Assembly: GCA_963804995.1 (NCBI GenBank)
Contig: CAWDSK010000005.1
Coordinates: forward strand, 96,001 to 160,000
Origin: an uncultured Acidobacteriota bacterium
GTDB lineage: Bacteria > Acidobacteriota > Terriglobia > UBA7540
Direction of reading: 5' to 3'
DNA: 64,000 bases
Shown: positions 29,312-38,939 of the stretch, piece by piece
How the letters are laid out: every line of letters begins with the position of its first letter
Numbering within the stretch: the first letter of the stretch is position 1
Made by a program: the position numbers and the translations under genes
The notes under the pieces: model-generated
Database searches by the model: none
The model's input: only the letters and a program-made list of their open reading frames with translations
Told to the model about the DNA's origin: nothing

Positions 29312-29536
29312 TTATGACCGCAGCATCTGCTCCAGGCGGGCGTCCATTTCCTCTTCCTCGATGAACTCGCCCCGGTCGGCCTGGGCAATACCCTGGCGCA
29401 CGGCGGCACGAAAGCGGGCTTCTTCCTCAAGGAGACGCACGGCGGCATCTTTCACCAACCGTTCGGCGTCGATGCCTTCCTGGGTGGCGATCTGCGCAAG
29501 CTGCGCTTCCTGCTCAGGGGTGAAATGTATTTCCAT
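29312..29536 (-). CDS. Cognate antitoxin (RHH/ParD-like)
   Basis: MEIHFTPEQEAQL..GIAQADRGEFI; directly upstream of the toxin. Confidence 0.8.
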   Translation of the reverse strand: MEIHFTPEQEAQLAQIATQEGIDAERLVKDAAVRLLEEEARFRAAVRQGIAQADRGEFIEEEEMDARLEQMLRS

Positions 29537-30065
29537 GACCCTCAGGATACGGGAAAACCCCACGTGTTGCAAGTTGCGCTGAGGTTCAGCGCGTTTAACT
29601 CGCCACTATCCACTATCTACTATCCACTGTTCTTCTGAGCTTCGCTTGCCGCTCGCGTATCGGTCAGGAGAAAAGCCTACTGTCAGGGCGGGTCGCCAGC
29701 CATTAAGATGGGCGGACTTTCAGCCGCGGCGACACTGTGGCCACCCACTCGAAAATCGAAACACATGGTTTGATTTCAGAGCATGGCAGAGGCTTTCCTC
29801 CGCAGCAGGGGGTAGCCACGGTCAACGTTCTAATGACCGTGGGCTTTTCTCATGCCCACTGCAATTGACCGCAAAATCCATCACCAAAGGAAGACCCATA
29901 GTCAGAACTGCACTGACTGTGGCTACCCGCCTGTGTAAAAGGGTACGATCGCAACCAAACTGAGCTGGGAAGTTCCAAAGCAACGCCGGGAGGTGTACAC
30001 TCAAGCCATTCGGGGTTCCGGCATGGAAATCAATACCCACCCCTGCGAACGTCGAGGACGAGAAT

Positions 30066-30662
30066 ATGAAAAAGTCGCTCACTTGGTTGATTAATACGGC
30101 GGTCGTCTACTTCATTTACTTGGGTTTACTCATTCCATTTTTGAACGAAGAACATTGGGCTATTGTGATCGTCGTCGGCGTTCCCTTCGCCATTTCGACG
30201 GCATATTTGTGGGAGCGTACTCGGCTAAGCGGAATTCTGCTTCGGACAGGTCTGCCCCATTGCGGGACAGTCGAAGCGGAGAAATTCCTTCTCAAAGACT
30301 CCAGCGGGAAAACACGAGCCGTCTTGGGCGTAACCGATTGTGGCCCAGGCCTTGATTTCTACGATACCAGCGGGGCACTGCGGGCATCGATGGGGCTGTT
30401 GAGGGAAATGCCAGGCTTTACGCTATCGGATAAAGAAGGGGCCTCGATGGTGCAGCTAACCGCTCTGGCAGATGGGCCCCATGTCGTGCTTTACGACGCA
30501 AACCATCAACTGAGAGCGGCGTTTGATGTGCTACCAAAAGGCCCGCGTTTGGAGCTATACGATCGTGAAGGTAACTCGCGAGGAAAGCTAACAGTGGTGG
30601 AGGGTGGAGCGCAATTTGGCTTGTTTGACGTCGAAGGGAAGGCGGTCTTTTCAGCACCTTGA
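30066..30662 (+). CDS. Hypothetical membrane protein with roughly 22-aa beta repeats
   Basis: Two TM helices, then repeated GP.L.hYD..G..RA.h units. Confidence 0.7.
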   Translation: MKKSLTWLINTAVVYFIYLGLLIPFLNEEHWAIVIVVGVPFAISTAYLWERTRLSGILLRTGLPHCGTVEAEKFLLKDSSGKTRAVLGVTDCGPGLDFYDTSGALRASMGLLREMPGFTLSDKEGASMVQLTALADGPHVVLYDANHQLRAAFDVLPKGPRLELYDREGNSRGKLTVVEGGAQFGLFDVEGKAVFSAP

Positions 30663-30901
30663 CAGCCGTGCAGGGTGAAGACCGGCGGGCTGGCGCAGAC
30701 GGTCGGTTTTAACCGTCTGCGATCTCCTACAGGGACTGTCCTCTGGCACGGCATTGTCGCGGGTATAGTCTCCGGCAGTGTGCCGTTTTGCAAGCTGACC
30801 GAGTTGACCCGTCAGTTCCCACAACTCCCATCGGGAATCCGCACACCCCAGGAACAGGGATCTGCGCCAGGCACTGGGGGGAAAGCACAAGTATATAGAT
30901 C

Positions 30902-31873
30902 TCATTTCTCGCTTTCGCCAGCATGAGGGATCTTCGCAGCATCCTTTCCTGACGACGTTGACACATCACGGATTTTATACAGCCGCCGAAAGTCGAAGTG
31001 TTCGAGGATCGCTATCCGTGCCTCTTCGAAGAGGTCGGTGTCCGCGTTCGCCGCATGTATTGGCACGCTTAACTTTTCGTACCAGGACTTCAGTGAAGGC
31101 ATATGGTCGCGCTGTTTCTCTGGCAGCAGCGCTTGGTATGCGTCAAGGATTACCTCGCCTGTCTGCCTATCCTTGATTCCTGTTTGACGACGGCCAAATT
31201 GCTCGATAAACGTCCGCAAAAGGAACAAGCCAGCAAGGGTGTTCCCAGTTTGAGCGGCGACAATTGCCTCGCTAAACAGTCGCTTTTCGGTCTTCGGAAT
31301 ATAGTTTGGGACATCAACTTCTTCGAACGGCGAACGGCCAGCAATCGTCAGCTTCCAACCTCAACGTTCTATGAGAAAGGTAACAGGGGCCGATTTACAT
31401 GTCTCACACTGGTACGCCAGCACGAACATCTGAAAAAGGGGAGGAGGTAATGCGATGCGATGGTCACGACTATGACGCTCCATTATTCCGTCCGTTGCAT
31501 CCTTGTACCACGTCGGACTAAAGGTTTCACGCGTCTTGCAGGTCGAGCAATACAACTTGACGTTTTGCAAAATTAGTTCCAGGCGCAGGGCGGGTTTGGC
31601 CCCCGAACCGTTTGGTACCGTTGAGCTATCCTGCTCTGCGGGGGCGATTCGTTCTTCGCTTAGTTTCTTGGCAAATGTGTACAAAGCCTGCACGTGCGTC
31701 GTTAAAACAACGCTTTTCGAAACCTCGCTGAGAATCTCCGAAAAATCGACTGAGACAACATTCTGGTACAAGTGTCTCTCCTCAAGTAATAGCTTGAGTT
31801 GTCCTTTCATCGACTGGTTCACAGAACTCGCTAACAAGTATGTGGCCTCGGCATAATTGAGTGTAGCGACCAT
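30902..31873 (-). pseudogene. Zn-binding/HEPN-like protein interrupted by one in-frame TGA (31361-31363)
   Basis: ORFs 31361..32005 and 30902..31228 share a frame and join as ..FLIER*GWKLTIAGRSPFEE..LAGLFLLRTFIEQ; CSTC and CETC motifs; RBS AGGGAG. Confidence 0.7.
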
Positions 31874-32118
31874 CCTATTTCTCCCTAACCACGCATTAAC
31901 CGGGAGTATAACATTTTCCGTGTGGTGATACGCGCAGCGCGGACATGTTTTGCAGGTCCACGGCTCTCTGTTGCAGATTGGGGACAAACTCGTTTGGCCC
32001 AACATCTATTCATCGTCCAGAATTCATAATTCACCTTTCACCCCTCACCCTTTACCCTTTGCAATTCCTTCCGCCCATGCGAGTATTCCCTTCCAACCGC
32101 CATTACCGAGGTTCAAAC

Positions 32119-32154
32119 CATGGCCAACCCAGAACACCTGAAGATTATTAAGTA
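32119..32154 (+). pseudogene. 5' stub of a pentapeptide-repeat/TIR protein gene
   Basis: GAGG RBS then MANPEHLKIIK*, with the stop supplied by a GTAG REPIN at 32151-32201. Confidence 0.45.
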
Positions 32155-32437
32155 GCGCCGACCTTCAGGTCGGCACCTGCTGACCTAAAGGTCAGCGCTA
32201 CGAAGCCCGCCTGGCGCTGCTAGGTTCTAGCCCCAACGGGGCGTCCTAACAAAGCCCAGGGCAACGCCCTGGGTCAAGGAAGCCACCCCTTTCCATCGGT
32301 AAGCCCTGAAGGGGCGCGCTAACCCTACTCACCATCGTGCCGGTTCGTTCCAGCCGGTCGGACGGTTCAGGGGGTTGCGTAGATCGCCCCTACAGGGCTC
32401 GGGCCGGGAAACAATCTGTTGACCCAGGCCTTCGGCC

Positions 32438-32530
32438 CATAAGCGCTAAGATAAGGGCTCGATTCGGCGGTTTTTGAGCGGTTCAGTTTACCCAAATAGC
32501 AGGATGGGGAGGTTTAACTTAGCGCTTATG
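32438..32530. mobile_element. 93-bp MITE with IS186-like (IS4 family) ends, nested in a REP
   Basis: 13-bp perfect IR CATAAGCGCTAAG; 11-bp duplication GGCCTTCGGCC at 32427-32437 and 32531-32541. Confidence 0.85.
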
Positions 32531-32774
32531 GGCCTTCGGCCTGGGCTTTGTTAGGGCGCCCCTTTGGGGCTCACAAGCGCGAAGTGCGGACCGGTTCGTT
32601 AGGTCCGCGGCATTTTGTTGTCGATGGGGGGCGAACCGCCCCGATGAATCGGGGCGCTACCACCGCCCGCAGCAAGCCTCCAAGAGCGGGTAGCACAGCG
32701 CGGCGAAGCCGCAACCCAACGCGTCGCCCCGATTCGAGTCTGGAAGTAAGCACCCTTCACTGCGGGCGCAGCCC

Positions 32775-32895
32775 GCTTTTGGAGTGCGGTCGCAGCAGCT
32801 ACCGCTTTCCGCCTTTGGTCCATACGGGAATGGTGCAAGAGCCAGACCCAGAAAAGCGGTAGCTGCTGCGACCGCACTCCGAAAGCGCTGCGCGC
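32775..32895. repeat. TTGGAGTGCG-type REP inverted pair (single copy also at about 13974-14008)
   Basis: TTTGGASTGCGGTCGCAGCAGCTACCGCTTTC and its reverse complement. Confidence 0.8.
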
Positions 32896-32988
32896 AGGAT
32901 CCAACAATGGCTTGTCTTAAATAGGGCACCAATATACTTGACTCATCCACTGGGTTTTGGTATAGTTTTGCTTGTGAGGAGCGAAACC

Positions 32989-33957
32989 ATGCGCGAACCC
33001 CGTACCCTGCAAGAAGCCATTATCTATTTTTCGAACCCTGACAATTCCCGCGCCTACCTTGTGGCGAAGCGCTGGCCCCAGGGCGTCATCTGCCCAACCT
33101 GCGGGTCGGAAAAGGTCAAATTCAATCCGGCTCGCGGCGTCTGGCAATGCCCCCGCCATCATGCCCGGCGGCAATTCTCCGTCAAGGTGGGCACCCTGTT
33201 TGAGGATAGCGCCATCGGCCTGGATAAGTGGCTCACGGCGGTGTGGATGCTCACCAACTGCAAGAACGGTATCAGTTCCTATGAAGTAGCCCGCGACCTG
33301 GGGGTCACGCAAAAGACCGCCTGGTTCATGCTGCACCGCATCCGGCTGGCCTTGCAGGACGAGGGCGGCGGCAAGTTGGGAGGAGAAGTCGAGGTTGACG
33401 AAACCTTTATCGGCGGCCTCTCCCGCAACATGCACATCGGTAAGCGGCGGGAGAAAATCCAGGGCACGGGCGGGCGCGATAAAATTGCGGTCCTGGGAAT
33501 TCTGAAACGGCGAGGCAAAGTTCGCACTTCGGTCGTTCCCGATGTGACCCTCAAAACTCTTCGCGGCAGCGTTGTCGAAAACGTTTCGGCGGGCTCGCAG
33601 GTTTTCACGGACGCTTGGATTGGTTACCACGGGTTGGATTCCGAATATGTTCATAGCGTTATTGACCATGCCCAAGCCTATGCCGTGGAAAACGTCCACA
33701 CCAACGGCCTCGAAAACTACTGGAGCCTTTTGCAGCGCACCCTCCAAGGGACCTACGTTAGCGTCGAACCGTTCCATTTGTTTCGTTACCTTGACGAGCA
33801 AGCCTTCCGTTACAACCAGCGCGAAGGACTTGATGATCGTGGCCGCTTCGATGCGGCGGTTTCCAGGATCATCGGTAAGCGCCTCACCTGGAATCGCCTC
33901 GCCGGAAAGACGCAAGCTCGTCCAACCTGTTCTAACGCACAAGGCAAGGCAACGTGA
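32989..33957 (+). CDS. IS1595 (ISXO2-like) transposase
   Basis: RWPQGVICPTCG zinc ribbon, QKTAWFMLHRIR, VEVDETFIGG, FTD, HTNGLENYWS, YLDEQAFRYN. Confidence 0.95.
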   Translation: MREPRTLQEAIIYFSNPDNSRAYLVAKRWPQGVICPTCGSEKVKFNPARGVWQCPRHHARRQFSVKVGTLFEDSAIGLDKWLTAVWMLTNCKNGISSYEVARDLGVTQKTAWFMLHRIRLALQDEGGGKLGGEVEVDETFIGGLSRNMHIGKRREKIQGTGGRDKIAVLGILKRRGKVRTSVVPDVTLKTLRGSVVENVSAGSQVFTDAWIGYHGLDSEYVHSVIDHAQAYAVENVHTNGLENYWSLLQRTLQGTYVSVEPFHLFRYLDEQAFRYNQREGLDDRGRFDAAVSRIIGKRLTWNRLAGKTQARPTCSNAQGKAT

Positions 33958-33974
33958 GCGCCGGGGGAAGCGGG

Positions 33975-34121
33975 TCAAGCCTTCGCCCGCTTCTTCCGCT
34001 GGCGTTGCTTCTTCCACTCCGCTTTCCTTCGCTGTAACTCCTCCCGCGGGACGGAGAAAATCTTGCTGATTGCAGCGTCGAAATTCTGGAATTCTGAGGT
34101 TTTTATCCCCTTCTGGCTCAT
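33975..34121 (-). CDS. Small basic passenger ORF inside IS1595 (48 aa)
   Basis: MSQKGIKTSEFQNFDAAISKIFSVPREELQRRKAEWKKQRQRKKRAKA, convergent with the transposase. Confidence 0.5.
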   Translation of the reverse strand: MSQKGIKTSEFQNFDAAISKIFSVPREELQRRKAEWKKQRQRKKRAKA

Positions 34122-34414
34122 AAACATTAAATGCCTCAGTCCGTGACAATACCTTATCCACTCAACATCGTACACCTCCAACCCGTTCATCTCGCACCTT
34201 TCGAATGGATGAGTCAAGTAAGTTGGTGCCTTAAATAGGCAGGAGAATCGCCGCACCTAACGCCCAAAATCTTTGCTAAAAAAACAAGCATCTACGGTAT
34301 TGCAATGCAGGGCGGTCAGCTATCAGCGGACAGCCCTCAGCGCACAGCGACCAAGAACCGGCACGGCGGAGTTTTTTACTGAGAACTGACTACTGATAAC
34401 TGATGACTGATTAC

Positions 34415-34710
34415 TTATGCTTCCTTTAGAAAATAGCTCGTGCTACGGCCACCCGCGGGGTCTTTGATCAGGATGTCGTGATCGACCAATTCGAGAATAT
34501 CGCGGTATGCCGTGTCCTGAGAGCACTTCGTCAGCTTTGCCCATTTTGAAGAAGTCAGCTTTCCATCAAAGCCATCCAGCAGCTTATTCAGGATAAGGCG
34601 TTGCCGTCGTCGAAGGGATGGACCGTGACGAACCACAAATGGCCTATGGCCGCTCTTAGAACCGGGTCTGTTTCGCCGGGCTCATTTGCCCAATCGATGA
34701 ATGCGGTCAT
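34415..34710 (-). pseudogene. Fic-family gene remnant with an internal deletion
   Basis: DPVLRAAIGHLWFVTVHPFDDGN joined out of frame to the C-terminal RQRLILNKLLDGFDGKLTSSKWAKLTKCSQDTAYRDI..GGRSTSY. Confidence 0.8.
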
Positions 34711-34798
34711 TGATAAAATACGCACAATATGCGGGGATTACGGGCGGTATTCTCCGCAAGTAAAAGTTCGACGAAAATGCCAAGTGGGGTGAGCCGGT

Positions 34799-34957
34799 GT
34801 GGGGTGAGATTGACACTGCCATACGGCACTATGACAAGCTGGTGGTGATTTGCTCCGAGCATTCGCTGCAAAGCGAGCCCGTCATTCGCGAAATCGAGCG
34901 CGCCTTGCAGAAGGAAGACCGCGAACATAGGAATGTGCTCTTCCCCATCCGCATGTA
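34799..34957 (+). pseudogene. TIR-domain fragment
   Basis: WGEIDTAIRHYDKLVVICSEHSLQSEPVIREIERALQKEDREHRNVLFPIRM*. Confidence 0.7.
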
Positions 34958-35163
34958 GTGGGTCACGATGATGTTGTAGCGGCGAGTTTACCTCGCCCTT
35001 CTCGAGGCGGCATTACGCCGTCATATGGCGAGGTGAACTCGCCGCTACAAATTCACCCCCTACGCTTTTTGTGTCGCCGCGGAATTTAGCTCGGCGGAAG
35101 CATTTTCGTGTAGCATACGAAGCGCGCAGAGGGTTCTTCGAATCATTCGGGCGGAGGTAGGAA

Positions 35164-35619
35164 ATGATCTTGGACGTGGTCGCAAACGAGGAAAGGTTGA
35201 AGCAGTTGCATCCCGGTTTCAGTCCCGCTCTGCAGTATCTGCGACGGACGAACTTGGGCGAGCTCCCCGAGGGGCGCCAGGAGATTGACGGTTCCCGGCT
35301 TTATGCCGCGGTTATTCGGGGTCAGGGCCGAGGTCAAAAAGGGGCAAAGCTGGAGGCCCACCGCCGGTACATTGATATCCAGTATTCCATCACGGGTTCG
35401 GACGTGATCGGCTGGAAGCCGACTTCCACTTGCCGTGATCCCGAGCAGGCCTACGACGAACAAAAGGATATCCAGTTCTTCCGTGACGCAGCGGACTCCT
35501 GGGTGACCATACCGCAGGGAAACTTTGGGATTTTCTTCCCTGAAGATGCCCATGCGCCGACGGGAGCCGACGGGCCGATTCACAAGGTGGTCGTCAAGGT
35601 CGCTGTCGATTGGGCGTGA
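35164..35619 (+). CDS. YhcH/YjgK/YiaL (DUF386) family protein
   Basis: LEAHRRYIDIQY, YDEQKDIQFF, FGIFFPEDAHAP, KVVVKV. Confidence 0.92.
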   Translation: MILDVVANEERLKQLHPGFSPALQYLRRTNLGELPEGRQEIDGSRLYAAVIRGQGRGQKGAKLEAHRRYIDIQYSITGSDVIGWKPTSTCRDPEQAYDEQKDIQFFRDAADSWVTIPQGNFGIFFPEDAHAPTGADGPIHKVVVKVAVDWA

Positions 35620-35694
35620 CGGCTGACAGGGAGGGGCGTCGCGACCCTGAATCGCCAGCGCGAACACGTTGCCCAAGCGCAAGCCAGGCCCCAA

Positions 35695-35928
35695 TCAGGT
35701 GTAAGGCGTGCGGGAGTGCGGCGGGTGGGCTTCGAATCGTTCCTGGGCCATCTCTTTCCACATTCGAGTCCGGCAATTCAGGACACGGAGGTATTCATGG
35801 CCAGGGGTGGCGGGACTGCGTGCCGTCTCGGCGAGCAGCCGGATCCCCAATAGCGAATCATTGGTCAGGCGGTCGCGCGTCAGAATCCGCTCCAAGAGAA
35901 GATCGTCGGTTAACAGGTTGGGTGTCAC
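35695..35928 (-). CDS. Small hypothetical protein (77 aa)
   Basis: GAGGAG RBS 6 nt before GTG. Confidence 0.45.
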   Translation of the reverse strand: MTPNLLTDDLLLERILTRDRLTNDSLLGIRLLAETARSPATPGHEYLRVLNCRTRMWKEMAQERFEAHPPHSRTPYT

Positions 35929-36543
35929 AATATGCTCCTCTGAGGGGCCGGTAAATACTAGTCAATCAAGTCAATCAAGTGACCACGTAATAAATAGGTG
36001 CGACGCGCCAAACTCACTTGCCGGTTGGGCACCAGTACGAACCTCGTGCGATTCTTTATTTTGCATTGCGCTGAGCGTGTTCCCTCAGCGTTACCTGTCG
36101 GGCTTTAGCAATCCACGCTTTCGAGGTTAGGGTTTTCTTTTTGCGATCCTGAAATCACTACCGTAGGGCTTTTTCAGGAACCAAGCAATTGCGTCCCCTT
36201 GCTTGCGGCGACACTTCCATACGACCTGTGAGTCAGGTGAACCTGAGGGACTCCCCGTTCAAGCCACCCGCCCCAGGGGCGACACGCTATTCCAGGCGGG
36301 ACGAGCGGCAAGGCTACCAATCTACCCAATAGGCTATGATTCTTTTCGACACTTGTCAAGGGCCGGAAGTTCAGCTTAGACAGGCTTATATCCGGGGTGG
36401 GTCTGGGGTTACGGGTGCTGGTGCGGGAGGGAGGCAGGGGTGGCCGGAAATGTTTAGCGGCGGCAGTAGCCGCACACCGTGGCGTGCCCCTACGACGATT
36501 TCTTCGCAGATGCTTTGCTCTTCAGCCTTGGCCAGCGGCCGGA

Positions 36544-37080
36544 CTAGTCATCACTCTTCTTGGGTGTTGATAACAAGTCCGACGGCGGCTCTGTCAGCGG
36601 AGAGTCCTCGCTGTGGGGTTCGGTTGCCATTCCGGCCATCTGGATAATCGATTCGGCCAGCAGATGCAGGCCATCGGCAGCCACCTTGTTACCCTTCATT
36701 TTCATGGCACTCAATTGCAGAATATTCTCCACGGTTTCTTTATAGAGGGTGCGGGTGTCAGGCGGTAGGGAACGCAAGAAAGCCGGGTCGAGGTAGCGTC
36801 GTTCCAATTCCGCCTGGCCGGGTGGCGTCTGCTTGCCCCGTGAGACATCTGTGGCTGGCGCGCCGGGTGGCGCTGTGGTGAATAGGGCACGGGTTTCCGC
36901 GTCGGGGCACAATTCCAGCAATCGCCGGAGACGATAGCCGCGTGGGGTGGAGCGCCCGGATTCCCAAAATTGCACGGCACTTAGGCTACAACCCACCCGA
37001 GCGGCAAGCTCCTGCTGAGTAATCTGTAGCCTTTCCCGAAGTGACGATACGGCACGCGGCTCTATTCTGGCAAATCTCAT
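36544..37080 (-). CDS. XRE-family HTH repressor (cI-like)
   Basis: LRERLQITQQELAARVGCSLSAVQFWESGRSTP; GAGG RBS; divergent from a cro-like gene. Confidence 0.85.
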   Translation of the reverse strand: MRFARIEPRAVSSLRERLQITQQELAARVGCSLSAVQFWESGRSTPRGYRLRRLLELCPDAETRALFTTAPPGAPATDVSRGKQTPPGQAELERRYLDPAFLRSLPPDTRTLYKETVENILQLSAMKMKGNKVAADGLHLLAESIIQMAGMATEPHSEDSPLTEPPSDLLSTPKKSDD

Positions 37081-37090
37081 AATTTTCCTC

Positions 37091-37118
37091 TTGACTTACT
37101 AACGATTAAGTATACAAT
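37091..37118 (+). promoter_or_regulatory. Rightward promoter/operator between divergent HTH genes
   Basis: TTGACT-N16-TACAAT overlapping the imperfect palindrome ACTTACTAACGATTAAGT. Confidence 0.55.
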
Positions 37119-37160
37119 AAAGCCTATTAAAAGGCGGTGAACAAAGTTCACCGACGTATA

Positions 37161-37430
37161 ATGACGCAACTTAGCACAAAACGCCAGACAAAAAAACTTG
37201 ATCGCGACACCTTGCTTTCCATCCGCCGCACGCATGGAATGGCCGCCGCCATTGCCCGTGTGGCGGGCGTCTCACGTGGGTTTGTCAGCGAGGTGCTAAC
37301 TGGGCGGAAGCGGCCCAGCGCGCGCTTTTTGGCGGCCTTACCGTGTGCCTTTGACCTGGTCACTTTGCAGTCGGGGGCACGCCTAGACGAGCTGGAAGCA
37401 TCCAGCCGAGAAGACGAGCAGAAGAGGTGA
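37161..37430 (+). CDS. Cro-like HTH protein
   Basis: AAIARVAGVSRGFVSEVLTGRKRPS HTH. Confidence 0.7.
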   Translation: MTQLSTKRQTKKLDRDTLLSIRRTHGMAAAIARVAGVSRGFVSEVLTGRKRPSARFLAALPCAFDLVTLQSGARLDELEASSREDEQKR

Positions 37431-37438
37431 CCTGCGTC

Positions 37439-37660
37439 ATGGCTGAACAGAACAAAGTCGAGTTCGGTATCACGGTTAGTCATCGGCTCCCCGAAAGTTT
37501 GGTGGCCAGCGTCGACCAGTGGGCGAATAGGACTTGGCGCGATCGTGCCAAGATCCTATCGGCGATATGTTGCCGCGTCCTGGAGATGGTCCGCCAAGAG
37601 GGGGGCTTTAAGCAAGATCTAAGTGATGTCCTACGCCGTTTACGTCTCGATCCGGCATAA
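37439..37660 (+). CDS. Small putative DNA-binding protein (RHH-like)
   Basis: ITVSHRLPESLVASVDQWA..DRAKIL pattern; follows the cro-like gene. Confidence 0.5.
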   Translation: MAEQNKVEFGITVSHRLPESLVASVDQWANRTWRDRAKILSAICCRVLEMVRQEGGFKQDLSDVLRRLRLDPA

Positions 37661-37907
37661 AAAAATTTTCCGGCAGTTTGTCTTCTATGTCTATTTCGTA
37701 TTTAAAGCTTACAGGGGTTGATCCCCTGCACACCTCGAGGTGTGTCCAGTCGTCCTTCATCATCCGGCTGCGCGTCACTGACGCGCAGAAGGTAGGTGAG
37801 GGATTATGCGGAGCCAACCGCAAGGCGGACCCCATCCGCCTATGCCTTGGCCGCCACGTTAGGGCGGCTCGCACGCGCCGGGGCCTCCCGGCATTCGGGA
37901 GGTCCCG

Positions 37908-38438
37908 GTGAAATCGTATGCCATCTATTTCGCTGCCTGTGCTTTGCACTTTGTGCTGCTTTTCCTCTTCAGCAACCAACAGTTATATCAGCGTTACCCT
38001 TTCTTTATGCTCTGGCTGCTGGCCGAACCCTTTTCCAATCTCGCGCTCTGGGTACTCTATTGGTCGAAGGAATTTCCCCTGATGACCGCCGCCAAGAATG
38101 GCTTGGACATCTTGTGGTACGGCATCCTGGCCGCCGCCCTGGTGCAAGCCTGCCTCGCCTGGGGAGACCCCATCGGCGGCGTTCTCCGCCGAGGGATCAT
38201 TGCCTTGGTGCTTCTCGCCGTGATCGGTCGTGAAGCCGGAGGAATGAAGCTGGCGGGAGGGTTCGGAGTGGCTCTCGCCACCGCCATGAACCTGGCCTAT
38301 ATGGCTCCCACAGTTTATCTGGTGGCAAAGCTTTCCGATATACGCCTGGAGCGTATTCCACTTTGGCTGCGAGAAGACGTTCCTTGGGTGAGCGCGGCAC
38401 GTCAAGTCTGGGGTTACGCCCATTCCCTGCTCAGTTGA
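37908..38438 (+). CDS. Hypothetical multi-pass membrane protein
   Basis: GGAGG RBS; about 5 hydrophobic segments. Confidence 0.7.
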   Translation: MKSYAIYFAACALHFVLLFLFSNQQLYQRYPFFMLWLLAEPFSNLALWVLYWSKEFPLMTAAKNGLDILWYGILAAALVQACLAWGDPIGGVLRRGIIALVLLAVIGREAGGMKLAGGFGVALATAMNLAYMAPTVYLVAKLSDIRLERIPLWLREDVPWVSAARQVWGYAHSLLS

Positions 38439-38939
38439 TGGAAAGGTCAGAATTTTAATCCTTAGTTGCAGTGATTTTGTCATGATTACCATGTATACAA
38501 TGTATCACAATTTACTAGGCACCCATGAAGACCTCTAGCGTCCCGAGCCAAAAGATCGTTGAACAAGTCAGTCCCAATGAACCGGGATGCAACGTGTTGC
38601 CTGGCCACCAACGCGGCAGGCTGACAGCGCCACTCCGGTTCAATTCCCACCATTACTCAGCGAGAAAGCACTGGGCAGAACGGCCCACCTCCCATCCTAT
38701 ACCGACGACGGCACCCACATTTATACCAGCCTTCTTCTTTTCCCCTCATCCTCCTGCCACCCTACCGTTCCGCCCAGCGCTTTCTCGCCGAGAAAAACAA
38801 ATATCTCAAGGGATCAAAGACGCCGCGCCATCCACGCTTGGGCTCTTCAGCTCCTGCTCTGCCTCTTGCGAGGCGCAAAGCCAAGGCCCAGGACGGATCC
38901 CTGCGCCGGCCATCCCCAGCCCCCAGCGAAAGGTAGTTC

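Larger units (their letters stand above)
32925..34230 (+). mobile_element. Complete IS1595-family element, 1306 bp
   Basis: 25-bp IRs GGCACCAA(TA/CT)TACTTGACTCATCCA; 8-bp duplication TTAAATAG at 32917-32924 and 34231-34238. Confidence 0.93.

Noticed and set aside
31361..31363. Selenocysteine recoding of the in-frame TGA
   Set aside because: Not in a redox motif and no convincing SECIS hairpin follows; a point mutation is simpler
32917..34161. 414-aa minus-strand ORF
   Set aside because: Antisense shadow of the IS1595 transposase
36170..36230. c-di-GMP-I riboswitch suggested by GGGACGCAA on the minus strand
   Set aside because: The upstream GCAAAC/GNRA stem and the downstream P3 elements are missing
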